Source: a virus. Taken from it: DNA of 64,000 bases. Position numbers and translations under genes: made by a program. Below the pieces are notes generated by a model. That model made no database searches and had not been told where the DNA came from. It saw only the letters and a program-made list of their open reading frames with translations. The stretch spans positions 1-64,000 of IMG/VR virus record IMGVR_UViG_3300028045_000008. The stretch is one strand, 5' to 3'. This document shows positions 11,032 to 19,956 of this stretch, piece by piece; the first letter of the stretch is position 1, and each line of letters begins with the position of its first letter.

Positions 11032-11967
11032 ATGCAAGAAAAGTTATCGATAATAATAGACATACTCGGCACATTTCAGAGATCAAGTAGCGAATACTTA
11101 TTTAAATGCCCGTACTGCAAAGATAATAAACACAAATTCTCAGTCAATATAGAGAAGAATGTCTATAAATGTTGGCTTTGTGACGCCCGCGGCCGAAATC
11201 TTGGCCGGCTAGTAAAGAGATTCGGCACCTTTGCCGCAGAGGAGACATGGAAGGAGATTTCGGGAGACCGCCTTGATCTGAACGAATTCGATAACATGTT
11301 CGATGACCCCGCCAAAGAGATCCCGCAGGAAAAGATAATAGAAATGCCAGAATCTTTTAAGACGCTGACTTCGGATAGCCTGGATAGAACAGCGATAAAG
11401 GCCATGAACTACCTATTGTCCCGCGGCGTAAATCGATCAGATATACTGAGATGGAAGATCGGGTACTGCACGAAAGGAAAATATAAAAACAGAATTGTTA
11501 TACCGTCATTTAATGCCTCTGGCGACCTCAACTACTTTATTGCACGCTCCTATGTGGACGGTTACATCAGATATATGAATCCTCCAGCCCCGAAGGATAT
11601 TATTTTTAACGAATTATACGTCGACTTTGAAAAAGAGGTGGTCCTAGTTGAAGGCCTGTTCGACGCCATCAATACAGAAAACTCCATTCCAATCCTGGGC
11701 TCTTCCATAAGGGAGGGATCTAGATTGTTCAGAAAAATAATAAAGAAAGACACCCCCATTTTATTGGCATTAGATCCAGACGCTAAAAGTAAGTCACGCG
11801 CAATCAAAAGATTGCTATTAAGATACGGCATAGAGGTTAGAGAAGTGAAATATATCGATGAAAGGGACATCGGAGAGATGTCAAAAGAAGAAGTAATGAA
11901 ATTAAGCATCAATGCGCCAGTTGTAGGAGATTACGATAATCTCTTGTCGGCCATAACTGCAATTTAG
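11032..11967 (+). CDS. DNA primase (Zn finger + TOPRIM)
   Basis: CPYC..H and CWLC zinc-binding domain; RIVIP; VEGLFDA and LDPD TOPRIM motifs. Confidence 0.85.
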   Translation: MQEKLSIIIDILGTFQRSSSEYLFKCPYCKDNKHKFSVNIEKNVYKCWLCDARGRNLGRLVKRFGTFAAEETWKEISGDRLDLNEFDNMFDDPAKEIPQEKIIEMPESFKTLTSDSLDRTAIKAMNYLLSRGVNRSDILRWKIGYCTKGKYKNRIVIPSFNASGDLNYFIARSYVDGYIRYMNPPAPKDIIFNELYVDFEKEVVLVEGLFDAINTENSIPILGSSIREGSRLFRKIIKKDTPILLALDPDAKSKSRAIKRLLLRYGIEVREVKYIDERDIGEMSKEEVMKLSINAPVVGDYDNLLSAITAI

Positions 11968-11977
11968 GAGAAGTATT

Positions 11978-14900
11978 TTGAAGTTTGCACATATAGCAGA
12001 TACCCATATTAAAAATTTAAAGTATCATCACGAGTATAAGATCATATTCCAGAAAATATATGACTCTATTCGTGCAGAACAGGTTGATTACATTGTTCAT
12101 TGCGGCGATATTGCACACACTAAGACACAAATAAGTCCAGAATTTGTGGAGTTGTGCGCCGATTTTTTTAGAAATCTATCTTCTATAGCTCCAACCTATA
12201 TTATCCTGGGTAATCACGATGGAAACCTTCGCAACAGCAGTCGTCAGGACGCCTTAACACCCATTGTGGAAGCTCTGAACGATCCAAACATACATTTGCT
12301 TAAAAACTCTGGAGAAGTGCCTCTGAAGGGGAATATAACGCTAAATGTTTTGTCGGTTTTTGATGAGTCCGGCTGGGTGAAGCCATCGGATAAGGATAGA
12401 ATAAATATAGCCCTTTACCATGGGTCAGTATCTGGTGTAGTGACGGATACGGGCTGGGTAATGACTCACGGAGATCATCCTATCGAAATATTCGAAGAAT
12501 TTGATTACGCATTCTTAGGAGACATTCACAAGACTGATCAATCGATCGACATGCATGGAAAAATGAGGTACCCTGGGTCAACCATCCAGCAGAATCACGG
12601 AGAAACAGATGACAAAGGTTTCTTACTGTGGGAAATTCAAAACAAGGATGATTTTACTTGTCGACACATCGAAATCAAAAACCCCCGCCCATTTGTAACG
12701 ATTGAACTGACTCCAAAGGGGAAGATGCCAAAAGGCCTAAAAATACCTGAAAAAAGCCGGCTCCGCTTGGTTTCAAAAAATAATCTTCCACTGGATGTTA
12801 TGCGCAAAGCGACGGATGTGGCAAAAAGAAGATTCAGGCCCGAAAGTGTCACTTTCACTAATAGGGCCGCAGGCAGCAGGGGGAATGTAGAGGATATAAC
12901 AAATGGCTTAGAAGCAGAAGACCTCCGAAATATCAAAATTCAGGAATCGTTAATTAAAGAATATTTGAAAGATTATGAGCCAGATGGCGCCCTGATGAAA
13001 AGGATTTTGGACTTAAATCTAAAATATAACAAATTGGCGGAAGAGGGCGAAGAGGTTTCCAGGAATATTAACTGGAGTCTTAGAAAATTAGAGTTCGACA
13101 ACCTCTTTAACTACGGAGAGGGAAATTCTATTGATTTTGACAAGCTTGAGGGTATCGTAGGCATATTCGGAAAGAACTTTTCTGGAAAATCAAGTATCAT
13201 AGACTCTCTGTTATATACTATATTTAATTCTACCTCAAAGAACGATAGAAAGACCGTAAATATAATTAATCAGAATGAAGAGTCTGCCGAAGGTCAGGTG
13301 CATATAACAGTAGGAGATAAGGATTATTGTATTGCTAGGAGTTCTGAGAAGTGGACAAAGAATTTAAAGGGCGAGCAGACCATCGAAGCTAAGACTAATG
13401 TGACTTTCACCTCAATAGATGGTGAAACAGGCGCATGTGAAAATCTTAACGGCGAGAGTAGAACGAAGACGGATAAAAATATAAGAAAGATGTTTGGAAC
13501 TTTGGATGATTTCTTGCATTCATCTATGGCTAGCCAACTAGACTCCCTCGCTTTTATCAAGGAGGGGTCAACAAAAAGAAAAGAAATCTTAGCTAAGTTT
13601 TTAGACTTGAAGTTCTTCGAAGCAAAGTTCAAATTGGCTAAAGAGGATGCATCAAACACCAGGGGCGCCCTCAAGAAGCTGGAAAATAAGGACTTTGAAG
13701 AAGAAATTTCATTGGCCAAAGAAGAACTGGAAAAGAGCAACAATGATTTGAATGGAGTTAAGAAAGCGGTCGATAGATACAAGACAACCATTTCAGAACT
13801 CGAAAAAGAAATGTCTGAAGTCGGTGAAAAAATAAAGTCAGTACCCGCAGAGATAATCGATATTGCAAAAGTCCGCAAAGAACTGAGAGACAAAAAGAGA
13901 CAGATGGTCTCCATTAAGGATAAGAGCGATGAACACACCAAAAAAAGAGAGGATTATCGATATGATTACGAACAAATAGCGTGTTTTTTGAAGGAGTTCG
14001 ACGAAGAAGCCCTATACGGAAAACAGGAGAAGGTTGACGAATTCAAAGTGGCCATCGCGAACCTTGACGAATCTCTGTTTAGGGAGGAAAAAGATTTACA
14101 AGATAACCAAAAGAGAGTGCAACTGTTGAGTGGAATCCCATGTGGAACTTCTTTTCCGAAGTGCAAATTCATCCGAGATGCGTATGCATCAAAGGCCACT
14201 ATTCCAGTCAATCAGGGTAACTTGAGTGATTTAAATAAGCAGAAAGAGGATATAAGTTCGCAAATGAGCGACCTCGACCCATCTCTTATTGCTCTTCAAA
14301 TTGAGAAATATTGTGAAATTATCGATCGAAAGAACGAGCTTTCAAATTTGATAATGAACTGTAATCTAAATATCGAAAATAGTGCCTCCGCCATCGAGAA
14401 TCTTGTACTGCAAGTCGACAAGTTAGAGTCTAAAATTTCAACTTATGAATCAAATCGAGAGGCTATCGAAAATCTTGAGAAGCTTGTTGGGCGACAAGAG
14501 GAAATAAAATTTAAAAATGAATCATTAAGAGTAAAATTAACAGCATTCAACGATAAAATGATGGGGCTATATAAGCTGGTCGGATCTTTAGAACAAAAGC
14601 TGCAAAACGTTACACTTCAGCGGGAGGAATATTTAGATTTACGAGAGGAATATTCGGCCTACGACCTTTATATGAGAAGCATGCACTCGAATGGAATTGC
14701 CTTTGACGTTATCCGTAAAAAACTACCAGTAATCAATGAGGAGATCGCTAAAATTTTGGCAAATATCGTAGATTTTGAGGTATTTTTTGAAGATAATGAT
14801 AAGAGATTGGATATCTTCATCAAACATCCATCATATGATCCTCGCCCGCTAGAAATGGGTTCAGGCGCCGAAAAGACAATCTCTGCAATGGCTATCCGAT

Positions 14901-15130
14901 TAGCCTTGCTGAGTGTTTCTAGTCTTCCGAAGTCAGACATCTTTATACTTGATGAGCCAGGAACTGCCCTAGACGAGGAAAATATGCAAGGATTTATAGA
15001 TATCCTTGAAATAATTCGATCTTATTTTAAAACAGTGTTGCTGATCTCACACCTTGATAGTTTAAAAGATTGTGTGGATATGCAAATTACGATTGACAAG
15101 GGAAAAAAGTACGCTAGAGTGAGAGAGTGA
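11978..15130 (+). CDS. Fused Mre11/SbcD nuclease - Rad50/SbcC ATPase (T4 gp47+gp46-like)
   Basis: ADTH, GDIAH, GNHD and GDIH phosphoesterase motifs; Walker A GKNFSGKS; long coiled coil with central Cys pair; SGAEK signature; Walker B FILDEP; ISH. Confidence 0.9.
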   Translation: MKFAHIADTHIKNLKYHHEYKIIFQKIYDSIRAEQVDYIVHCGDIAHTKTQISPEFVELCADFFRNLSSIAPTYIILGNHDGNLRNSSRQDALTPIVEALNDPNIHLLKNSGEVPLKGNITLNVLSVFDESGWVKPSDKDRINIALYHGSVSGVVTDTGWVMTHGDHPIEIFEEFDYAFLGDIHKTDQSIDMHGKMRYPGSTIQQNHGETDDKGFLLWEIQNKDDFTCRHIEIKNPRPFVTIELTPKGKMPKGLKIPEKSRLRLVSKNNLPLDVMRKATDVAKRRFRPESVTFTNRAAGSRGNVEDITNGLEAEDLRNIKIQESLIKEYLKDYEPDGALMKRILDLNLKYNKLAEEGEEVSRNINWSLRKLEFDNLFNYGEGNSIDFDKLEGIVGIFGKNFSGKSSIIDSLLYTIFNSTSKNDRKTVNIINQNEESAEGQVHITVGDKDYCIARSSEKWTKNLKGEQTIEAKTNVTFTSIDGETGACENLNGESRTKTDKNIRKMFGTLDDFLHSSMASQLDSLAFIKEGSTKRKEILAKFLDLKFFEAKFKLAKEDASNTRGALKKLENKDFEEEISLAKEELEKSNNDLNGVKKAVDRYKTTISELEKEMSEVGEKIKSVPAEIIDIAKVRKELRDKKRQMVSIKDKSDEHTKKREDYRYDYEQIACFLKEFDEEALYGKQEKVDEFKVAIANLDESLFREEKDLQDNQKRVQLLSGIPCGTSFPKCKFIRDAYASKATIPVNQGNLSDLNKQKEDISSQMSDLDPSLIALQIEKYCEIIDRKNELSNLIMNCNLNIENSASAIENLVLQVDKLESKISTYESNREAIENLEKLVGRQEEIKFKNESLRVKLTAFNDKMMGLYKLVGSLEQKLQNVTLQREEYLDLREEYSAYDLYMRSMHSNGIAFDVIRKKLPVINEEIAKILANIVDFEVFFEDNDKRLDIFIKHPSYDPRPLEMGSGAEKTISAMAIRLALLSVSSLPKSDIFILDEPGTALDEENMQGFIDILEIIRSYFKTVLLISHLDSLKDCVDMQITIDKGKKYARVRE

Positions 15131-15188
15131 CTATTTACAATTAAGAAAGACGCGCGTTTTTTTAATACAGATGGGGAGAGAATAAAAC

Positions 15189-16430
15189 ATGACCTTAACA
15201 GACGGACTAATCGCAAAATATGACTTCGACTCGGATCTTACTGATGACGTGGGATCTTATGATCTTACTGCATTCGCCGGCGCTATTGTTGACGGAGGCA
15301 AATTAAATCTTCCCTCTACCGCCGGCGGAGTCTATCCGAACAGCAGGATCCCAACCGGAGATCAATTTACCCTTTCTTTGTGGTTCGAAGATCTAAAAGA
15401 TCGCTCACAAGCACAAAGTGGGTGGATGATGTTCGACGGCACTGGGGTTGGATCTTCGGCGGGTAATTCGGGCTACAGCGTCAATCACTATCTCGCTGCC
15501 ATTTGGACTAATGACGAGTTAGGTGCGTACTATACACCCGGTAACGGCGGCACTTGGACCGGCTCAGGCTACTCAATGACGAGTATTAGCCACTCTGGAC
15601 GCCATCATTTTGTCATAGTATACGATAATGGCGCCTTAACTTATTATATCGATGGGCAGCAGGCCGGAAATACAATTCAATACCCAAATAATGCTGGAGA
15701 AATCCAAGTTTTCGGATCTTGGTCCTCCACTAATTATGCACCGGCCGATTCTTTAGACGAAATCCGTGTTTACAACAGGGTGATTTCTTCTGCCGAACTG
15801 TCTGAACTTTATACTGGCATTGCGCCAACACCGGCAGGAACCAAATACGATATTGATAATAACCCAGAAATAATTTCTTCCAGCGTTCCAACCGGAGCAA
15901 TGGGGATAGAAAAAACATCTGGCGACAATGGAATCTTTGTTTATTCCCAAAAGCCATACACACTTTGGCTCAAAGATTCTTTGGGCACCTGGAGTGTTCA
16001 TCAAACTTTTACATCGGAAAATCTCGTAAATGGCTCGTCTTTTAGGTGGGGAGTGGATCAGGCAGCTTATTTTCAAACATCTGAATCACCTCATGACATA
16101 TATGTATACACCCGCCAGGGCGCATTGTTGATCGATTCGACTCCTACTGACGGGAATAACGTGATTGATGCCCTCGTATTGGATGATACCTCGACTTTGA
16201 GTATCCTTGGGTCGTCCGCCGCGGCTACAACTGAATCCGTTCACACTATTTCGTCCGGCTCTCCTGTGACTATCGCAGACGGCTGTGATGCCTCTGTTGT
16301 TATCAAAGAAATCGACCCGATTACTGGCGTGGAAACGGTAAGAAGCGACTTCACGATCGAAAAGAACGTGGTAGTAACCGCCCCCGTAGGAACAGATGCG
16401 ACGAACATTAAGGTCGAGATTACTAAATAG
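15189..16430 (+). CDS. LamG/concanavalin-like domain protein, probable virion accessory
   Basis: GLIAKYDFD, FTLSLW, HHFVIVYD..LTYYIDG, LDEIRVYNRVIS..E LamG pattern. Confidence 0.75.
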   Translation: MTLTDGLIAKYDFDSDLTDDVGSYDLTAFAGAIVDGGKLNLPSTAGGVYPNSRIPTGDQFTLSLWFEDLKDRSQAQSGWMMFDGTGVGSSAGNSGYSVNHYLAAIWTNDELGAYYTPGNGGTWTGSGYSMTSISHSGRHHFVIVYDNGALTYYIDGQQAGNTIQYPNNAGEIQVFGSWSSTNYAPADSLDEIRVYNRVISSAELSELYTGIAPTPAGTKYDIDNNPEIISSSVPTGAMGIEKTSGDNGIFVYSQKPYTLWLKDSLGTWSVHQTFTSENLVNGSSFRWGVDQAAYFQTSESPHDIYVYTRQGALLIDSTPTDGNNVIDALVLDDTSTLSILGSSAAATTESVHTISSGSPVTIADGCDASVVIKEIDPITGVETVRSDFTIEKNVVVTAPVGTDATNIKVEITK

Positions 16431-16435
16431 GAGAA

Positions 16436-16639
16436 TTGATGACAATGACACAAATGGCAAAAGGCACCTTAGATAAACTTTTAGAAAAGATTGTCTCAAG
16501 AAAACTATTGGTGTGGGGCACCGCAACAGCGTTGCTCTTCACTTCTAATCTTGAGAGTGAACACTGGCTTTATCTTAGTGCATTATACATTGGCGGACAA
16601 TCTGTAATCGATGCAATAGTTAAATTTAAGAGTGCTTAA
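16436..16639 (+). CDS. Putative holin (small two-TM protein)
   Basis: SRKLLVW then two hydrophobic segments, YIGGQSVID; AGGAG RBS. Confidence 0.5.
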   Translation: MMTMTQMAKGTLDKLLEKIVSRKLLVWGTATALLFTSNLESEHWLYLSALYIGGQSVIDAIVKFKSA

Positions 16640-17040
16640 TGATTAATATAAATTTTGGTGATGTTTTTAGATATTTAGCAGAATTTTTGTCAAAGAACTG
16701 GCAAGCTATAGGTCTTGTGGTCGTGGTTTGTCTATTTTTCTTGACAAAAAATGATTATGCTGCCTTGAAGAATTCGATGGACGTGATGAGCGTGAGCTAT
16801 CAAGAGCAAATATCTGCCCTAGAAGCCCTCCATGCCAAGGAAATAGCAGCCCGAGAAGAAGCAATTGCTGCTTATGAGCGTGAACTAGTTGAATTGACGA
16901 GAAAATATGAGGAAGAAATAAAAAATCTTCAAAGAAATAAAGAGGAGGATATCGAAGAATATATCCGAGACTTTGCGCTGCAGCCAGAAAAACTAGCAAG
17001 AGAGATAGAAGAACAATTTGGATTTGAATATGTTGAATAA
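16639..17040 (+). CDS. Membrane-anchored coiled-coil protein (i-spanin-like)
   Basis: N-terminal TM (AIGLVVVVCLFFL) followed by a charged coiled coil. Confidence 0.4.
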   Translation: MININFGDVFRYLAEFLSKNWQAIGLVVVVCLFFLTKNDYAALKNSMDVMSVSYQEQISALEALHAKEIAAREEAIAAYERELVELTRKYEEEIKNLQRNKEEDIEEYIRDFALQPEKLAREIEEQFGFEYVE

Positions 17041-17464
17041 AATAATATTTTTGGTACTCTTTGCAACTTCTGTGAACACAGCCTCAGCAGGAGAGGGTAA
17101 ATTCACATTTGTCCAGGAAGATGAACCATCTCCGTTCGTCGGCACTTTGTTCGATCCAGAGGCAACAGCCAGATTGTTGGCAAATAATAAATTTTTGAAA
17201 GAAGAATATGATTTAAAGCTCGGATTTGAACTCTCAAAGCAAGAAAGAGAATTTAACTTGAAACTAGACCAGCTTCAAATAACCCTGGATACCCAGAAAG
17301 AGAGGTACGAGACGACTTTGGAGTTGAAAAACACAGAAATCGAACAATTAAATAAGATTATTGCGAAAAAACCTGGATCAAATGCTATGATCTGGGGAAT
17401 AATCGGTGGTTTTGTGGCCGGCGCCGCCTCCACTGTCGCGATTGTACATGCGGTGAACAAATGA
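17030..17464 (+). CDS. Signal-peptide coiled-coil protein with C-terminal TM (spanin-like?)
   Basis: MLNKIIFLVLFA..ASA signal peptide, coiled coil, WGIIGGFVAGAASTVAIV TM; start at ATG 17030 preferred over 17018. Confidence 0.4.
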   Translation: MLNKIIFLVLFATSVNTASAGEGKFTFVQEDEPSPFVGTLFDPEATARLLANNKFLKEEYDLKLGFELSKQEREFNLKLDQLQITLDTQKERYETTLELKNTEIEQLNKIIAKKPGSNAMIWGIIGGFVAGAASTVAIVHAVNK

Positions 17465-17844
17465 AGAAAAGTTTAAATGATATTGCGAAGTATGAAGTCG
17501 CTATTTCCAAGAAATATGGAAAAGAAGCGATCAAGCACCCCCAAGCAGATTGGAACGATGAAAAAGAGAAGGAATATCAAAAACAGTCCAAAGCTCTCTA
17601 CGAGAAAGAGAAGGAAATTCGAGAAAAAACTGAAAAAATAGAAGTTGATGGATTTTTAATATCTAAAAAACTATTTACTAAAGATAGCAATCGAATTTGT
17701 CCGACATGTCATTCTTATTCTTTTGAGTTGAGAGACGACGTATACATGACAAAGTTTGATTGTTGTTTTAAATGCTACATTCAATGGGTAGAGGGCCGCG
17801 AAGAAAGATGGAAATCCGGATGGCGCCCAAAAGAGGAAAAATAA
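17461..17844 (+). CDS. Hypothetical Zn-binding protein
   Basis: CPTC and CCFKC motifs. Confidence 0.55.
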   Translation: MKKSLNDIAKYEVAISKKYGKEAIKHPQADWNDEKEKEYQKQSKALYEKEKEIREKTEKIEVDGFLISKKLFTKDSNRICPTCHSYSFELRDDVYMTKFDCCFKCYIQWVEGREERWKSGWRPKEEK

Positions 17845-18363
17845 ATGGCTACAACACTAGAAATTATTCAAGGAATTACACAAGCTGCAGCAAACGCATA
17901 TGACGGCGCCCATGACGAACGATTTGTCACCGGTGATCCTAAAAAGATCGGTCTTTCTCGTGAAGAAGGGTGTGCTATAACGGATTCGCGCGTTTCCGAC
18001 GGCTTCGGTGTAAAGATAATCGGAGATATGCTCCAAGTTAACTATGAAGCAAATGTCAGGCTGTCTGATGTGTATGCCAATGGATTCGAAGAGGAGTGTG
18101 AAAGACGCCTTGCAGCAATCGCAGATTTTCTAAAGAAGGAATACAAAGTTATTACCGGAAAATCCCTCAGTCTAAATCCCCAAGGCGAGGCAGTTTGCGT
18201 CGTTCAGAATACATCAAGAGTCAGAACGTTCGTGATGGCACACAAAATGTTTAAGATCGGCGGCATGAAATCTGTTGAGACTCTCGGCGAAGGTATAATC
18301 GACCCAATCGCAGTGAGATACCAGAAATTTTTGAATGAAGGCTCCTTCGACAAAAGTGAGTAG
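17845..18363 (+). CDS. Hypothetical protein upstream of terminase
   Basis: ORF with GAGGA RBS abutting terL. Confidence 0.55.
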   Translation: MATTLEIIQGITQAAANAYDGAHDERFVTGDPKKIGLSREEGCAITDSRVSDGFGVKIIGDMLQVNYEANVRLSDVYANGFEEECERRLAAIADFLKKEYKVITGKSLSLNPQGEAVCVVQNTSRVRTFVMAHKMFKIGGMKSVETLGEGIIDPIAVRYQKFLNEGSFDKSE

Positions 18364-19953
18364 ATGTCGTATACATTATCAAAGAAAGAGATAGTAGCAG
18401 AAATTTTAAAGTGTGGTAAAGACCCGGTTTATTTTACCAATAATTATGCAAGAATATCTCACCCACTCCAGGGCCTGATACCGTTCAAGACATATCCCTA
18501 CCAGACGGATTTGTTGTCGGACTTTAATGACTATCGCTTCAGCGTTATATTGAAGGCGCGCCAGTTGGGTATCTCTACTATAGTGGCCGCATATATTGTG
18601 TGGCTAATGCTATTTCATCGAGATAAGAACATCCTCGTAATGGCCACCAAGTTTGCAACTGCAGCAAACCTAGTAAAAAAGGTAAAAGCCATTCTAAAAA
18701 ATCTCCCTGAATGGATCGTTATATCTAATATTTCAATTGATAACAGAACTTCATTTGAGCTTTCAAACGGGTCTCAAATTAAAGCGGCATCCACTTCGGG
18801 TGATGCCGGCCGTTCTGAAGCACTGTCCCTTTTAGTACTCGACGAGGCCGCCCACATTGACAATCTGGGCGAGTTATGGGCCGGTTTGTATCCTACGATC
18901 TCTACTGGGGGTAGGTGTATAGCTTTGTCAACGCCAAACGGAGTTGGAAATTGGTTTCACAAGGTATATATTGAGGCAATAGAAACATCAAACGATTTTC
19001 ACCCTGTCAATCTTCCTTGGGATGTACATCCTGATCGAGATCAGGCTTGGTTTCAGAAAGAGACTAGGAATATGTCTCGCAGAGAGATAGCTCAAGAATT
19101 AGAGTGTAACTTTAATACTTCTGGGGAGAGTGTAATCCACCCTGATGATATTGCTTGGATAGAATCCTGTGTTTGCGATCCCAAATATAGGACCGGATTT
19201 GATAGGAACATGTGGATCTGGGAAGAATACCAGGCGGATTGCACCTATCTATTGGTGGCTGACGTAGCTAGGGGTGATGGTGCCGATTATTCAGTTTTTC
19301 ATATAATAAAATTGGAAACTATGGAAATTGTGGCAGAATACCAGGGAAAACCAAACCTTGACATGTACTCTACAATTCTGACTTCAGCCGGAAAAGAATA
19401 TGGTAATTGCTTGTTGGTGGTAGAGAATGTGGGAATCGGAATCTCTGTTTTGGAGAAATTGGCGGATCTACAGTACCCAAACTTATACTATTCCATAAAA
19501 GGCACACATGAGTATGTAGAATCGTACCAGGGGGAGACTAACAACTCCGCAGTTCCCGGTTTCACTACCTCCACGAAGACAAGACCCCTTATTATAGCAA
19601 AATTAGAAGAATTCATCAGAAACAAACTAATTAAAGTATATTCGGTTCGTTTTTCTAATGAATTACGAACTTTTATTTGGCATAATGGAAAGCCACAAGC
19701 AATGCGAGGATATAATGATGATTTAATCATGGCATTAGCAATCGCCTGTTGGGTAAGGGATACAGCACTAGGTGTCAACAAGAGAGAGATAGAATATAAG
19801 AAGGCGTGTTTGAGTTCGATAGTAAAAGTCGACACGAAAATAAACACAACAGTTCCAGGAATGGAAGGATATAAGAGAAAAGAAGTGTTTGAAGAAAAGA
19901 TGTTTAAAACAGCAGAAGAGTATAAGAAATATTCTTGGTTAATCAAAGGATAG
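18364..19953 (+). CDS. terL: Terminase large subunit (T4 gp17-like)
   Basis: Walker A KARQLGIS, Walker B LVLDE, STPNG coupling motif, nuclease ADVARG..DYS and DDLIMA. Confidence 0.95.
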   Translation: MSYTLSKKEIVAEILKCGKDPVYFTNNYARISHPLQGLIPFKTYPYQTDLLSDFNDYRFSVILKARQLGISTIVAAYIVWLMLFHRDKNILVMATKFATAANLVKKVKAILKNLPEWIVISNISIDNRTSFELSNGSQIKAASTSGDAGRSEALSLLVLDEAAHIDNLGELWAGLYPTISTGGRCIALSTPNGVGNWFHKVYIEAIETSNDFHPVNLPWDVHPDRDQAWFQKETRNMSRREIAQELECNFNTSGESVIHPDDIAWIESCVCDPKYRTGFDRNMWIWEEYQADCTYLLVADVARGDGADYSVFHIIKLETMEIVAEYQGKPNLDMYSTILTSAGKEYGNCLLVVENVGIGISVLEKLADLQYPNLYYSIKGTHEYVESYQGETNNSAVPGFTTSTKTRPLIIAKLEEFIRNKLIKVYSVRFSNELRTFIWHNGKPQAMRGYNDDLIMALAIACWVRDTALGVNKREIEYKKACLSSIVKVDTKINTTVPGMEGYKRKEVFEEKMFKTAEEYKKYSWLIKG

Positions 19954-19956
19954 ATA

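Noticed and set aside
15093-15120. TTGACA-16-TAGAGT as a sigma70 promoter
   Set aside because: Weak -10 and short spacer; the adjacent CTATTTA motif explains downstream expression better
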